Positions 52,728 through 64,000 of a DNA stretch of 64,000 bases are shown piece after piece. The DNA comes from Mercenaria mercenaria (Eukaryota): positions 15,411,210-15,475,209 of the forward strand of contig NC_069369.1 in assembly GCF_021730395.1 (NCBI RefSeq), read 5' to 3'. The notes under the pieces are model-generated. The model saw only the letters and a program-made list of their open reading frames with translations, ran no database searches and was not told the origin of the DNA. Positions within the stretch are counted from its first letter, which is position 1, and every line of letters begins with the position of its first letter. The position numbers were made by a program, and so were the translations under genes.

Positions 52728-54099
52728 CTGAAATTATGATAAAACTTTACAAACTCACCCCTATCACTAATTCAACGCTGTAATTACTCATTTCTATCTC
52801 TAAATGCTTTACAGTATCTTCATAGACAATTAATATTTGAAAGCATAAGGCCAAACATAAATTTCCTATGCAGAAATTCTATAACATATCACAACTGATT
52901 CTGAATTTCAATTAAATATAAAGATATCTTTATTCTTCAAAATGCAAGACACTAAATACAATGTAAAGAAAATAATTCAACATAAATAATAATCACATAG
53001 GACCTAAACTGAAATTAAGTGTGTTTGCCCTTTACCTTCCAACCCAAGACCTGAATCTGCCAGGTACTTTCACATTAAATGGAGACTTGTGATTCTTTTT
53101 AATTTAGAGGTGTACAGTATTATAGTGATCACACCATTTCCTATGATGAAGTAATGAATTACCACACTTAATTATATCTAAGAAATCAAAATATCAGAAT
53201 TGTCAAGTTGGTTTTAATGATAATTGCTTTCTTACTGTTGAACTGTGATGACTATAATACAGTTTGTCAAAATATGCATAACATTTGGAAAAAGGCAACT
53301 GCACATGCACTGGACCAAGGGGAAGGCTTGGAATTGTTAAGGAAAGGCATACATGTAGTTTGTCCTTGACCATTCTTTAACACAATTTATCTAAACTTAG
53401 TTGTTTTATAGCAAAACTGTCTCTTGTAAATGAAATAGGCAAATTATTGAGAATACACATTAATGGTGCAGACAGACAAGGCCATACAGCCTGACATCTG
53501 CTTTGTCTCGTTAAGAAAACACGGGAGCCCTTGTAGGCATTTTTGAGTACGCAATAGAGTAGAACCTCAAATATTTCTCAAACAAACTGTCTCTGTCTGT
53601 CTCTCTCTCTCTCTATATATATAGTCTTATATTAAATAAATCATGAAATGAAAAGAAATAAGAACATTTATTTATGCTAACTGAATAATTTGAGAGGGTA
53701 AAATAATTACCTACCTACATACCTACCAAATGTTAAAAAAGATAAGCAGGTAAAGGGTAAACACACTTATAATTTTAATTTCTACCTAACCAATAATATC
53801 TACTAATCTAAAACAATGCAGAAATTGCATGGTTTTGTGTGAAAGCATTGTCATATATAAATATATAAAGTGAAGACTACAATCCTTATCTACTGTAAGC
53901 TTAGTGACTTCTAAGCTATGACTATACAAACCTGACCAGTAATAATGTACATCACTCCACGTCTATAGGACACATAAATATAGTGAATATTTTGTTTATC
54001 AGGTAAGTTTTGTCAGACTTTAGAAAAAGATATTTTAAAAACAATCTGAACTGAACAGGTGTTGTCCTGATGCAAAGGATTCTGGAACAGTAAGGCATC

Positions 54100-54655
54100 T
54101 GCCAAGTCTCTGACCTATGTTTGACAGTAAGGCATCTGCCAAGTCTCTGACCTATGTTTGACAGTAAGGCATCTGCCAAGTCTCTGACAAGTCTCTGACC
54201 TATGTGTGACAGTAAGGCATCTGCCAACACTCTGACCTATGTTCGACAGTAAGGTATTTGCCAAGTCTCTGACCTATGTTTAACAGTAAGGCATCTGCCA
54301 AGTCTCTGACCTATGTTTAACAGTAAGCCATTTTCCAAGTCTCTTACTTATGTTCGACAGTAAGGCATCTACTAAGTCTCTGACCTATGTTAGACAGTAA
54401 GGCATCTGCCAAGTCTCTGACCTATGTTTAACAGTAAGGCATCTGCCAAGTCTCTGACATATGTTTAACAGTAAGGCATCTGCCAAGTCTCTGACATATG
54501 TTTGACAGTAAGGCATCTGCCAACTCTCTGACATATGTTTGACAGTATTAAAGGCATCTGCCAAGTCTATGACCTCTGTTTGACAGTAAGGTATCTGTCA
54601 ACTCTCTGACCTATGTTTGACAGAAAGGCATCTGCCAAGTCTCTGACCTATGTTT
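54100..54655. repeat. Minisatellite with a unit of about 42 bp (tgtttgacagtaaggcatctgccaagtctctgacctatg), about 13 copies
   Basis: The tandem period is visible by eye. The 92-aa minus-strand track ORF 53952..54230 is an artefact of it. Confidence 0.75.
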
Positions 54656-54705
54656 GAGGTGATATCTTCTTTACAGGAGAGTTTATTTCACTACTATTTA
54701 CTTAC

Positions 54706-54786
54706 TTTTCCTGACTCTCTGCAGAGATTTTCTTGGTTGATGTTGGTGTTGGTGTACGTCTGCCAGTACCTTTTGTTGGACTTTTC
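54706..54786 (-). CDS. Exon (KSPTKGTGRRTPTPTSTKKISAESQE), Ser/Thr/Pro/Lys-rich
   Basis: Acceptor ...ttactag and donor AA|gtaagt. The phase links exon 60779-60832 to exon 52628-52727. Confidence 0.45.
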
Positions 54787-56269
54787 CTAGTAAGCAGTTA
54801 TATAAGTTGTAAATAGTATTTATGGTGTTTGTGATTGAAAAATATAAATTCTTATATTATGTAGCTATTTCTAGTTGTGAGAACTACAGTGTGAAGTATA
54901 TATCCATGTCAAATACCATGTTCAAAGGCATATTGCATTTTAGTACAAAATTGCAAATAATGCTAATTGTATTTCAGTCAATTTTTTATTCTATTTAGCT
55001 GATAAAATTTGCTTTTGTTGAATGGTGTCATCTTTAAACAAGACTTACATGACTAGGGAGTTTGAACATGTATTCAACTGGGATTAAATGCTAAATTTGT
55101 ATTAACATTTTGTTTTGCTCAAAATTTCTTTACATACTTGCCAGATGTCCAGCCTTTATACTTTCTCGTTTTGCTTCAATTAAAATATATTAAATATCTA
55201 ATTATCAAACAAACTTTTAACACAGTTAACAAGCTATAGCCACATGAAAAATAGTTCTATAATAGTCTGACAAAACAGACTAGACAGTAGAAAGTGAAAA
55301 CAGCAAAAAATATTCCAACACCAGTTCAAAGATTTTATAACAAAGTTTTTAGAAAATATGAAGTGAGAAGAGACATGGTGGAAATAATACTGGTGTTACT
55401 CAATCAATAAATACTGACAATCTTGAGTCTAAACAGTTGTAATTTTCTAGGCCATTGAAACATATATTTACAATAATATGATAACAAACTAACTGTAGAT
55501 ATATAATTACAATCAGTGACAATAAGTGGTTTCTATGGAAACCTAAAAAAACTTATACATACAAGACCAGAGAGCTTTCAGGCTTTAACTGATGTAAAAA
55601 AAATACATTATAAAAATAATATATCATGGATTGCATTTATTTCTTTTTATATAGGTCTGATCAATTTGCATAATACTATAATATGAGTATGAAAAACAGT
55701 TTCAACAGAAAAGTTTCATGAAATATGATACTGCAATCTAGCATTTTAGAAAAAGCTAACAGAGACAATTTCAGAAAACATTTTTAAAGCAAATGTTATG
55801 GAAGAGGTAAAACAAACTGATCTGTGAAGTAACAGCTAGGACATCATTTGACTAGAGAGCTTACAGCAAGAGATAGTTGTAGCTACACCCTTGGTTTTTA
55901 TTACATACAAGAATAGGCTTTGCACATTGTGTCATTGTGGGGAATATTTGCACAAAATATTTCAAAATTTCTAGGTACATCTAGATTAAACATCCTTAAC
56001 GTTAATTTTCTGACTTGCGCTCTTTTTAAATGATCTTTAGAGACTGATAACATAACAAGTTAGCTTCATAATGACTCAGATTGGTGTATTTTCGATACAA
56101 TATCATTTTATTGTATTAAACATTTTAGAATATTCAACACATGAGGGAAAGCAGCAACCTTGGCCTTGAACAGACATTGATAAAAGTTTCATCCTAAATT
56201 TGTGTCTCTACAATGGAAAATATTGTTGCTAAATTAATTACAAGGGTGCCATAGTCACAAAATTCTCCA

Positions 56270-56668
56270 GTCGAGAGCTTGCTAAGTTGTCATTCTTGCA
56301 TCTGACCTTTGACCTCTTAGTCTGACCTTGACCTTCAACCTAGGGACCTGGTTCTTGCGCATGACACTCTGTCTCATGATGGTGAATAGTTGTGCCAAGT
56401 CACATCGAAATCCTTCCATTCACGAAGAACAAATACTCTGGACAAAGTCATTCTTGAATGTGACCTTTGACCTCTAAGTGTGACCTTAACCTTAGACATA
56501 GGGACCTGGTTCATGTGCATGACAGGGATGGTGAACATTTGTGCCAAGTTACATTTAAATCCCTTCATGCATGAAGAAGAAATGCTAGGAAAAAAGTTTG
56601 TTTGATGCTGCCCTCCCGCCTGCCCGCCAAGGGCATTTCCAGAATACCACTGTCTTTCGGACGGGCAC
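56270..56668 (+). mobile_element. Small tandem-repeat carrier element (gaccttgacc-type units)
   Basis: About 2 units, then ctgccctcccgcctgcccgcc, then a 3' end …cggacgggcacataaaaag whose terminus matches other copies. Confidence 0.45.
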
Positions 56669-56789
56669 ATAAAAAGTTTTTTCTGTGGGCAAAAAGACTA
56701 AGAGCAAATTTTGTGATTGACAGACAGAAAGCCAGTTAAGATAAGACTTTCCTACAGTCAGGAGAATGTTTTAGCTGTCAATAAACATG

Positions 56790-57668
56790 AAACTAGATGT
56801 GTCCATAGGACACAGGTGCCCCCACTCCTGCCACTGTAACAAGGTTTAATGACTCAGGTTAAACAATTTTTAAGATACAACATTCCTGTAGTTTTGTGAC
56901 TCTACATCAAATACTTTTGGAGCTATGCACGACAAAACATTAAAATGACAATATTTTCCTAGGTCAGGGGCCATAACTCCTACAATACTGAATGAATCCG
57001 GACACGAAACCCCAGGTGCACAACTGCACATGTGACCAACATTCCTGTAAACTTTGGTGACTCTAGGTTAAATACTTTCGGAGCTATGTGCGATACAACA
57101 TTAAAACGACCAATTTTTAACTAAGTCAGGGGCCATAACTCCTACACGACAGAACGAATCCGGACGCAAAACCCCAGGTGCACAACTGCACGTGCTGACC
57201 AACATTCCTGTAAACTTTGGTGACTCTAGGTCAAATACTTTTGGAGCTACACGCGATACAACATTGAAATGACCAATTTTAAACTAAGTCAGGGGCCATA
57301 ACTCCTACATGACTGAATGAATCGGATGCGAAACCCCAGGTGCACAACTACACATGCTGACCAACATTCCAGTAAAGTTTTGTGACTCTAGGTCAAATAC
57401 TTTTGGAGCTACGAGCAACACAACACTAAAATGACCAATTTTTACAAAGTTAAGGGCCATAACTCCTACACAACTAAATGAATCTGGACGCGAAACCCCG
57501 GGTGCACAACTACACATGCTGACCAACATTCCTGTAAAGTTTTGTGACTCTATTTCAAATACTTTTGGAGCTAGGCCCGACACAACATTCTTGGAAGGAC
57601 GGACAGACGGACGGACACACAAGAGCAAATCTATATGCCCCCACCACTCATGGGGGGGCACAAAAAGA
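56790..57668 (+). mobile_element. Tandem-repeat carrier element
   Basis: About 4.5 units of about 178 bp (…gtcaggggccataactcctaca…gaatccggacgcgaaaccccaggtgcacaactgcac…), then ggacggacagacggacggac, then the hairpin tgcccccaccactcatgggggggca. Confidence 0.6.
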
Positions 57669-58929
57669 TTGCCTAATACCTCATGTCCAGGTATATATTT
57701 AACATAAAGGTTTCTGGCAAATATTTTAATGCTCTAGTTTCCAAGAAAAGCAAGTCAAAATAAAAAACAACAACAGAAATATGAAAGTAAAATCTCATCT
57801 ACAAGATAATTTTATCAACATTGGTTTTGGACAGAAAATACAGATAAGACAGCAGAACATAAGTGAGTCAAGCCCCATTCATCTTCTTTCTGCTATCATT
57901 CCACTTGACCATAGTGAAGAAACTAAATAAACTATGTATACAGATTCACTAGAAGCCAGAGAGAATTTGCCATTTCTATTAGAAAGGTGGTACAAGTTAC
58001 ATTTGCTACAAATTATAGATATAAAAGCAAATGTACCGATCTGACTCCCTGTGGGTTTTCTGTTTCCTTTAAAGGAAATAATATAACAGATTAATGTAAC
58101 GTATTCTTTTAATTGCATTAGAATTACATGAATTTATTTTAAAAAACAAATGAATTTTAAGTAAAATACACAAAAATACCTCAGATATAGTCAGGTAAAA
58201 AGATTGAATACAAACTTTTCTTACAAAGGCATGAGGCTAATCAAAAATACTACTTAATGTTTTCATAAAACCATCAGAATATTTCACTAAAAATATACAT
58301 AAACATTGTCTGCGAGTTACTGAAATACTGGTGCACTGAAATCATTTCCTCCATGAGTTCTCCTTATCTAATATTTTTTCCGAAGACTCATAAATATATG
58401 AGCCAAATTGATTTTAATCTATGATAGGTTTACAGTATTTATAAAATAGTACAAAACACTACAATGCAGTATAATTATATTCATAGAAAGAAAAACATCA
58501 TTATTTAAAAAATCATTATTTCATCTACAACTTTAATATTCCTTAAATAACTTATTGTTCTTCAGCATCTTAAAATAATGTCAAGCTAGTTTGAACATGA
58601 ATCAATTAAAACTCACAAGCATAAAAGCAATTCAGCAATTCATTCATTCATTTGAAAAACATACACAAACAGAATCAACGCAGTTGAAATGTATTTCTAT
58701 TTCAAATATAACGTTTACCATTAAACTTAAAGTAATGGACCCATAATAAGAACTGGCAATTTATCCTCTGTATGAGACTTCAGCATTCTCCAAATGTAAT
58801 AAAGAATGATTTTGTTATAGCCGGATGATGCCTAAATCGCAAATAGAGAATAGGTAATCACACGGAATTTGCAGATTGTCATTACGGATCCGCTACCTTT
58901 AGATAGAATAAAATCTCTCAATGTGTTTA

Positions 58930-59128
58930 GTTAACCTTTAGCCTGCTGGCAGCAAGTGATCAGTGCAGACCAAGATCAGCCTGCACATCTGTGCAGGCTA
59001 ATCATGGTCTGCACTGTTTGCTATTCAGTCTGTAAATTTTCAGTGAACACCCCTTCATATGATAAATGGTACTGTCCAAATTGAATGCTAGACCAGTCCA
59101 TTTTAGAAATTCAGCAGGCTAAACATCA
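58930..59128. mobile_element. Palindromic MITE, copy 2, same family as 26,183-26,397
   Basis: ttaacctttagcctgctggcagcaagtgatcagtgcagaccaagatcagcctgcacatctgtgcaggctaatcatggtctgcactg…cagcaggctaaac. Confidence 0.55.
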
Positions 59129-59619
59129 AGTAAAATGAGTAAGAATAAGACTAGCTGAATAGTGAAAATTAATATATATTAATATAAAGGTACACTTAAC
59201 ATTGTTAAGACTAAACAGACAAGATATATTCAAACTGCTTCAGATGTTTGCTCTCCAAAGCTGTGTTGTTCTAAAAGCATGTGCTCATTGTGTTTATGTC
59301 TATATATTCAGTTTAAGAGCTTAACTTCAATTCTTTATCCATTTTGCATAAATCCAAAACCATATTAAGTTTCCCAGCATTTCCCATAAAAGAAGAGTTA
59401 ACCATCCCCTTTATGTTAATGTAAAATAAAGTGTATGTTCTAACTTTTCATGAGAGAAATCTGCACCAATTATTGTATCCTGTATAGATCTATTGTATGG
59501 CTTTTGGAGCATCCATGCCCAATCTAAATCCTATAGCAATCTTTTCCATTTATGCAGTACTGGATAAGTCCCATTGCCATACAACAATGCATAGTTCTAG
59601 AAGCATACCTCAAAACATC

Positions 59620-60155
59620 ATTTTAGAAGCACAACTGTCAAGAAGCATGAATTTGTCAAGAAGTATGCCTCGATGTATCACTTTAGAATTTACATTTGTC
59701 AAGAAGCATGCATCAATGTATCACTTTAGCATTTACATTTGTCAAGAAGCATGCATCAATGCATCACTTTAGATTTGACATTTGTCAAGAAGCATGCATC
59801 AATGCATCACTTTAGAATTGACATTTGTCAAGAAGCATGCATCAATGCATCACTTTAGAATTTACATTTGTCAAGAAGCATGCATCAATGCATCACTTTA
59901 GAAATTTTTATTTGTCAAGATGCATGCCTCAATGTATCACTTTAGCATCATTTTAGCATTTACATTTGTCAAGAAGCATGCCTCAATGCATCCCTTTAGA
60001 ATTTATATTTGTCAAGAAGCATGCCTTGATGTATCACTTCAGCATTTACATTTGTCAAGAAGCATGCCTAAATGCATTCAGAATTTACATTTGTCAAGAA
60101 GCATGCCTCAATGTATCACTTGTCAAGAAGCATGCCTCAATGCATCATTCTAGGA
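59620..60155. repeat. Minisatellite with a unit of about 43 bp (acatttgtcaagaagcatgcatcaatgcatcactttagaattt), about 12 copies
   Basis: The tandem period is visible by eye. Plus-strand track ORFs at 59497..60181 are artefacts of it. Confidence 0.75.
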
Positions 60156-60778
60156 ACATAACTACCCAGAATTTTACTTAATCATATGCTTACAGCCTTT
60201 AATGCATTAATAAAGAAAACTTTCCAATTCTACCCCAAAATGCATGGTTCTTTCCCAATATATAGCACTGAGAGAACCACCCCTGATCTTTACTCCTCAA
60301 ATAGCAAAGTCGCTGGAATCAAAATAATTCATCAATTCAACAGTATATATATCACCATCACCTTAGGCTTTCAGGAGAAACTGGGAAAATTGAAGGAAGG
60401 AAAAGGTAGGTAAAACAAACTCAGTTATCTGTGATCAGTCTACATTTCTGCATTTTCAGTGCCTGAATTCAATGATTAAACAATTTACTTTTTGTATATA
60501 TTATATACAACTTACGACAAGTATTCTGAGTACTGGTACTCAGTAGCTTCAATAATTACTGCAAATGGAACTTCTCAAATGTAAAAAAGAAGCCAAAATA
60601 GCATTATCTGGCAACACACAGGAAATATAATTTTAAAATTTCAACAATGTCAAAACAAGCGTAACAGCAAATAACAAAATTTCAGGCTGTAAAAATGTGG
60701 TTAGATGCAGTTTAACCTATGTTAGTATGATAAGGTATATATGATAAATAGCCCCTAACTGCGCAACAAGACTTTTAC

Positions 60779-60832
60779 CTAGATGCAGGTCTCCTATCTG
60801 GGCTTGACGATTTTACAGATTCTGCCCTTGCA
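60779..60832 (-). CDS. Small exon (ARAESVKSSSPDRRPAS)
   Basis: Acceptor cattag and donor AG|gtaaaa. The phase is consistent with its neighbours. Confidence 0.35.
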
Positions 60833-61123
60833 CTAATGTGAAACACAAACAAAAGAACCGTAACACCCAAATAACATCATTACTAATTATATAGAATAAT
60901 CTAAAGGCCAGTCCATGTGCTACAAAGTAGTTCTGTATGAGATTTCCAAACCCAAATATATAAAGTACTACAATAGATTTAGACATATTCTTAAATTTGA
61001 GATTGTGTAAAAAGTCAGAAAAAAGGTTTTCTAGCTGAACAATCTACAGGACAAAAACTCTAGCCAAAAAGCCTGTGATTCCTTTACCCAAAACATTTGT
61101 TTCCAATTTGTGCATACACTTAC

Positions 61124-61306
61124 ACTGTAGACCCCTCCCGGGAGGTCCTCACTGCAGGAGACCTCGACCTTGACTTGAGACTCTCATTTGTCTTTTCAGA
61201 CAGTAGAGCCTTTCTCAAGTCCCCATTTTTCAATTTGGGTGCAGGGGACTTTCCCTTCAGAGAATCAGGCAGAGATAATTCACTCACTTCACGTGACATT
61301 AAATCA
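61124..61306 (-). CDS. Exon (DLMSREVSELSLPDSLKGKSPAPKLKNGDLRKALLSEKTNESLKSRSRSPAVRTSREGST)
   Basis: Acceptor ttacag and donor GT|gtaagt. Confidence 0.45.
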
Positions 61307-62379
61307 CTGTAATCAAATTTATTTATTATGTTACTTATACTTTCTAAACCAGTCTAAATCTAGCTGAAATAACATAAAAACCAGCAAAGAATACAACTGA
61401 TTTAGTGATTTAACACAGAATATGAATTTACTAAGTACATTTAAAAAATTATAAATTATCTGTGTCGGCTCCACTTGTGATGTATACGAACTCATTTAAT
61501 AACCATTTTCTTATTGTTGTTGTGTTTTACCCATATTTAAACATTTCTTTGAAATAAAGTTAAGTTTTGTTTTACATTGTATAATTTTCTATCTATCTTC
61601 TCTTCAAAAGAAATTCACGTTTATTAGCTAAAAAGTTGACTAATGACCCAAAGCAAAAGCAGTTGGTCCTTTCAAAAACAACATAGATATCAGCTAACTG
61701 CTAGAAACAAAAAACATACTATGCAAAAACTGCAGTGACACACACTAATGTAGGTCTGATCAACAACATTTTGCTGGCAGGACCTGGTGTATTTAGACTT
61801 TTTACTATATGTTTTACTTTTCTCCCTTTTCCTTGGACCAATACTGTTAATTTTTCATTTAATAAACTGAGAAACCAGCAATTTCCTAAGCCCTGCTTAT
61901 TACTGTATGAAACTAAGACAATTACATACTTTAACAAACTGTAAGTCACTGTGTATGCGACATATTAAGGAATTCAAGAAACACAGGGCTTCTGTTAATC
62001 TACATTTAAAGTTGGAAATTCAGGGTTACTTAATTTTATTAACACATGTTTTGAAGCATTTGTTCCTTGTAAATCAAAGACTGCATGGTTAAATTCTGTA
62101 TAAGCTAGAACAACTTTACACCCAGATTCACACAAAGTCTCCGCAGACTTTGAGGGTGCCAAGCAATGTTACTTTTGGGTGAAACTATTTCCTGCTTAGA
62201 ATGGTGATCAACAGAGTCCCCTGTGTCGTTCTATATGGGAAAAAACACTGCTGAGGTAAACGTCACTAGAGACAGTTATCTCATTGTAAAGATCTTATGA
62301 TAAGGATTCTGTTGCAAATCAAAACTAGGGTTTTCAGTCTCAGGTTAGGTTTTTATATATAAAAAAAAGTGGGTTTACG

Positions 62380-62545
62380 GTAAAACTGTCAAATTTAAGC
62401 AGTTGGTTACTAGTCTAGACTGTGGCTGACAAATTTAATCAGTTCATTTCCAGTCTCAACTGTGCCTGTTAAATTTAATCAGTGGGTTTTAAGTCTTGGG
62501 AAGGGCAGTTAAATTTAATCAAATGGTTTTCAAGTCTTGTGAAGG
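62380..62545. repeat. Short tandem repeat with a unit of about 40 bp (…ttaaatttaatcag…ggtt…agtct…), about 4 copies
   Basis: The tandem period is visible by eye. Confidence 0.5.
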
Positions 62546-62563
62546 GATTTTCAACTGCCTTAC

Positions 62564-62656
62564 TCCTTAGTCATGAGAGAGTTACGTCGCCCTCGGAAAC
62601 TGGCTTCTGGCGGAGGATCAGCCCCAGCTGAACTACGGTCAAGAGAACTTCCAGAT
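62564..62656 (-). CDS. Exon (SGSSLDRSSAGADPPPEASFRGRRNSLMTK); the 5' end may extend upstream
   Basis: Donor GA|gtaagg. The acceptor AG is at about 62657, but the frame stays open a little further upstream. The gene probably continues beyond the window. Confidence 0.4.
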
Positions 62657-62954
62657 CTTCTTTGTATAAATATAACATATCATTCATTGTGTAAATACAT
62701 TCTGGTGCCAAATTTAAAATTCCTAAAATGACTACATGCAATTCCAATTTTCATAACACAATGTTATAAAACTGCAACATTATCTTTTAAAATCTAAAGA
62801 CTCTAAACTGTTATTAAGTGCTATAAAATTACACAAACCTAAACTATTTGCACAGAACTGTTTTCAGCTTACAAACACTAAAATACTGTGATATTTTTTT
62901 CTTTAGTTTATCACTCACATCAATGGAATGTCTCAAATTTCAAAATGCATTTGT

Positions 62955-63300
62955 TTATTGTAGACATACAAAAATAAAATGTTTGCAATCCAGTTCAAGT
63001 ATAACTGAGTGTTTCGAGATGAAAATTTACCAGCTTTTATCAAATTAGATATTCAGCTAGAGCTATCACTAAAGGTAAATAATACCCTTAGTCACCATTT
63101 TGATACTGGTAAGGTAAAATCTGGTGATCATGACAAAATAAAATGTTTGTAATCCAGTTCAAGTAAAACTGAGTGTTTCGAGATGAAAATTTACCAGCTT
63201 TCATTAAATTAGATATTCAGCTAGAGCTATCACTAAAAGTAAATAATACCCTTTGACACCATTTCGATACTGGTAAGGTAAAATCTGGTGATCATGACCT
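62955..63300. repeat. Tandem duplication of a unit of about 170 bp, 2 copies
   Basis: aaaataaaatgtttg(c/t)aatccagttcaagta(t/a)aactgagtgtttcgagatgaaaatttaccagctt…ggtaaggtaaaatctggtgatcatgac occurs twice, head to tail. Confidence 0.6.
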
Positions 63301-64000
63301 TGACTTTGTACCAAGTGATCAGGTTTGTACACTTTGCATGTCTTCTTGATGAGGTCAACATTTGATAGCCATATGATCTTTGACCTTCATGTCTCACATT
63401 GACTTTTATCATAGCAAACTTTTTCACAGTTAAATGAAAATCAATTAACCAGTCCAAAATAAAGCTATCTTGAACTTTGACCTTCCAGTGTGACCTTTAT
63501 CATAGTGACTTGAGTTGTGCCCTCAGACATCAATGATGAGGCACACAACTAGTGCTAGTCTTGTGAAAATCCTTTCAGCGATTTATAAGATACGAAACAG
63601 GCATAAAGTTAAATTAATTAAACCTCCAAGTCTGACCTTGACCTTGGACCCAGTAACCTGAGTAATATGTGATTTTCATGGTATTATCATGGTAAATAAT
63701 TACATGAAAATATCTGAAAGTCCATCAAACTGTTTCATAGATATGCCTTCGGAAAGGAGATATGGATACACAGACTGTCGACAATGCACAACTCCAGTAA
63801 AAGCCCCATATACTATGTATATAGGGGTATAATAATTCTGAAAATACAGACATTGCAGCAGTGTCTATATCTTACTTTTCTCCCTTTTCCTTGGACCAAT
63901 ACTGTTAATTTTTCATTTAATAAACTGAGAAACCAGCAATTTCCTAAGCCCTGCTTATTACTGTATGAAACTAAGACAATTACATACTTTAACAAACTGT

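Noticed and set aside
52715-52730. Plus-strand caacag|gtaagg, which looks like a plus-strand splice donor
   Set aside because: The same bases are the acceptor (aatttcag) and first codons of a well-supported minus-strand exon, so a plus-strand reading is unnecessary.
57305-57661. 118-aa minus-strand track ORF
   Set aside because: It lies inside the 178-bp tandem array of a carrier element and is periodic (…APKVF(D/E)(L/I)ESQNFTGMLVSMCSCAPGVS… occurs twice).
59497-60181. Plus-strand track ORFs of 91, 77 and 71 aa
   Set aside because: They are artefacts of the 43-bp minisatellite.
1-64000. Prokaryotic-type features: operons, CRISPR arrays, rRNA or tRNA genes, or a novel defence or biosynthetic 'system'
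   Set aside because: None were found. There are no long ORFs, no Shine-Dalgarno or operon organisation, and no direct-repeat/spacer arrays with unique spacers; all tandem arrays here have repeats but no unique spacers. The window is an intron-rich eukaryotic gene region dominated by transposable elements and satellites.

Overview
This window is eukaryotic genomic DNA, AT-rich and repeat-dense; the repeat content suggests a bivalve mollusc. It contains no prokaryotic-style operons and no ORF longer than about 200 aa. The prompt's hint of an 'undescribed system' is not supported by anything I can see here. The main findings are: (1) Positions 1 to about 4,800 are low-complexity sequence in which nearly every base sits in a homopolymer run, and the composition changes sharply at about 4,810; this is most likely an unpolished or low-quality assembly artefact, not biology. 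(2) A single large multi-exon gene lies on the minus strand, from its stop codon at 6,321 to at least 62,656 and probably beyond the window's right edge. I reconstructed 33 small exons of 48 to 217 nt from canonical GT/AG signals and mutually consistent codon phases; the product is a large protein with a Lys/Ala/Pro-rich low-complexity C-terminal region, and its identity cannot be determined without a database search. (3) The introns hold at least 11 non-autonomous tandem-repeat-carrying elements whose architecture resembles Helentron/Helitron-type 'satellite carriers'. Each has a conserved 5' AACAAGAG(C/G) motif, an internal array of roughly 110 to 190 bp units, a sub-terminal microsatellite such as (GACGGAC)n, (GACGCC)n or (CA)n, and a 3' terminal palindromic hairpin. 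All copies share one orientation, antisense to the host gene. (4) Separately, there are several palindromic MITE or foldback families present in two copies each, six or more minisatellite arrays that produce spurious ORFs in the supplied track, and a CpG-rich island at about 5,500 to 5,800. Coordinates are read by eye and may be off by 1 to 3 nt.
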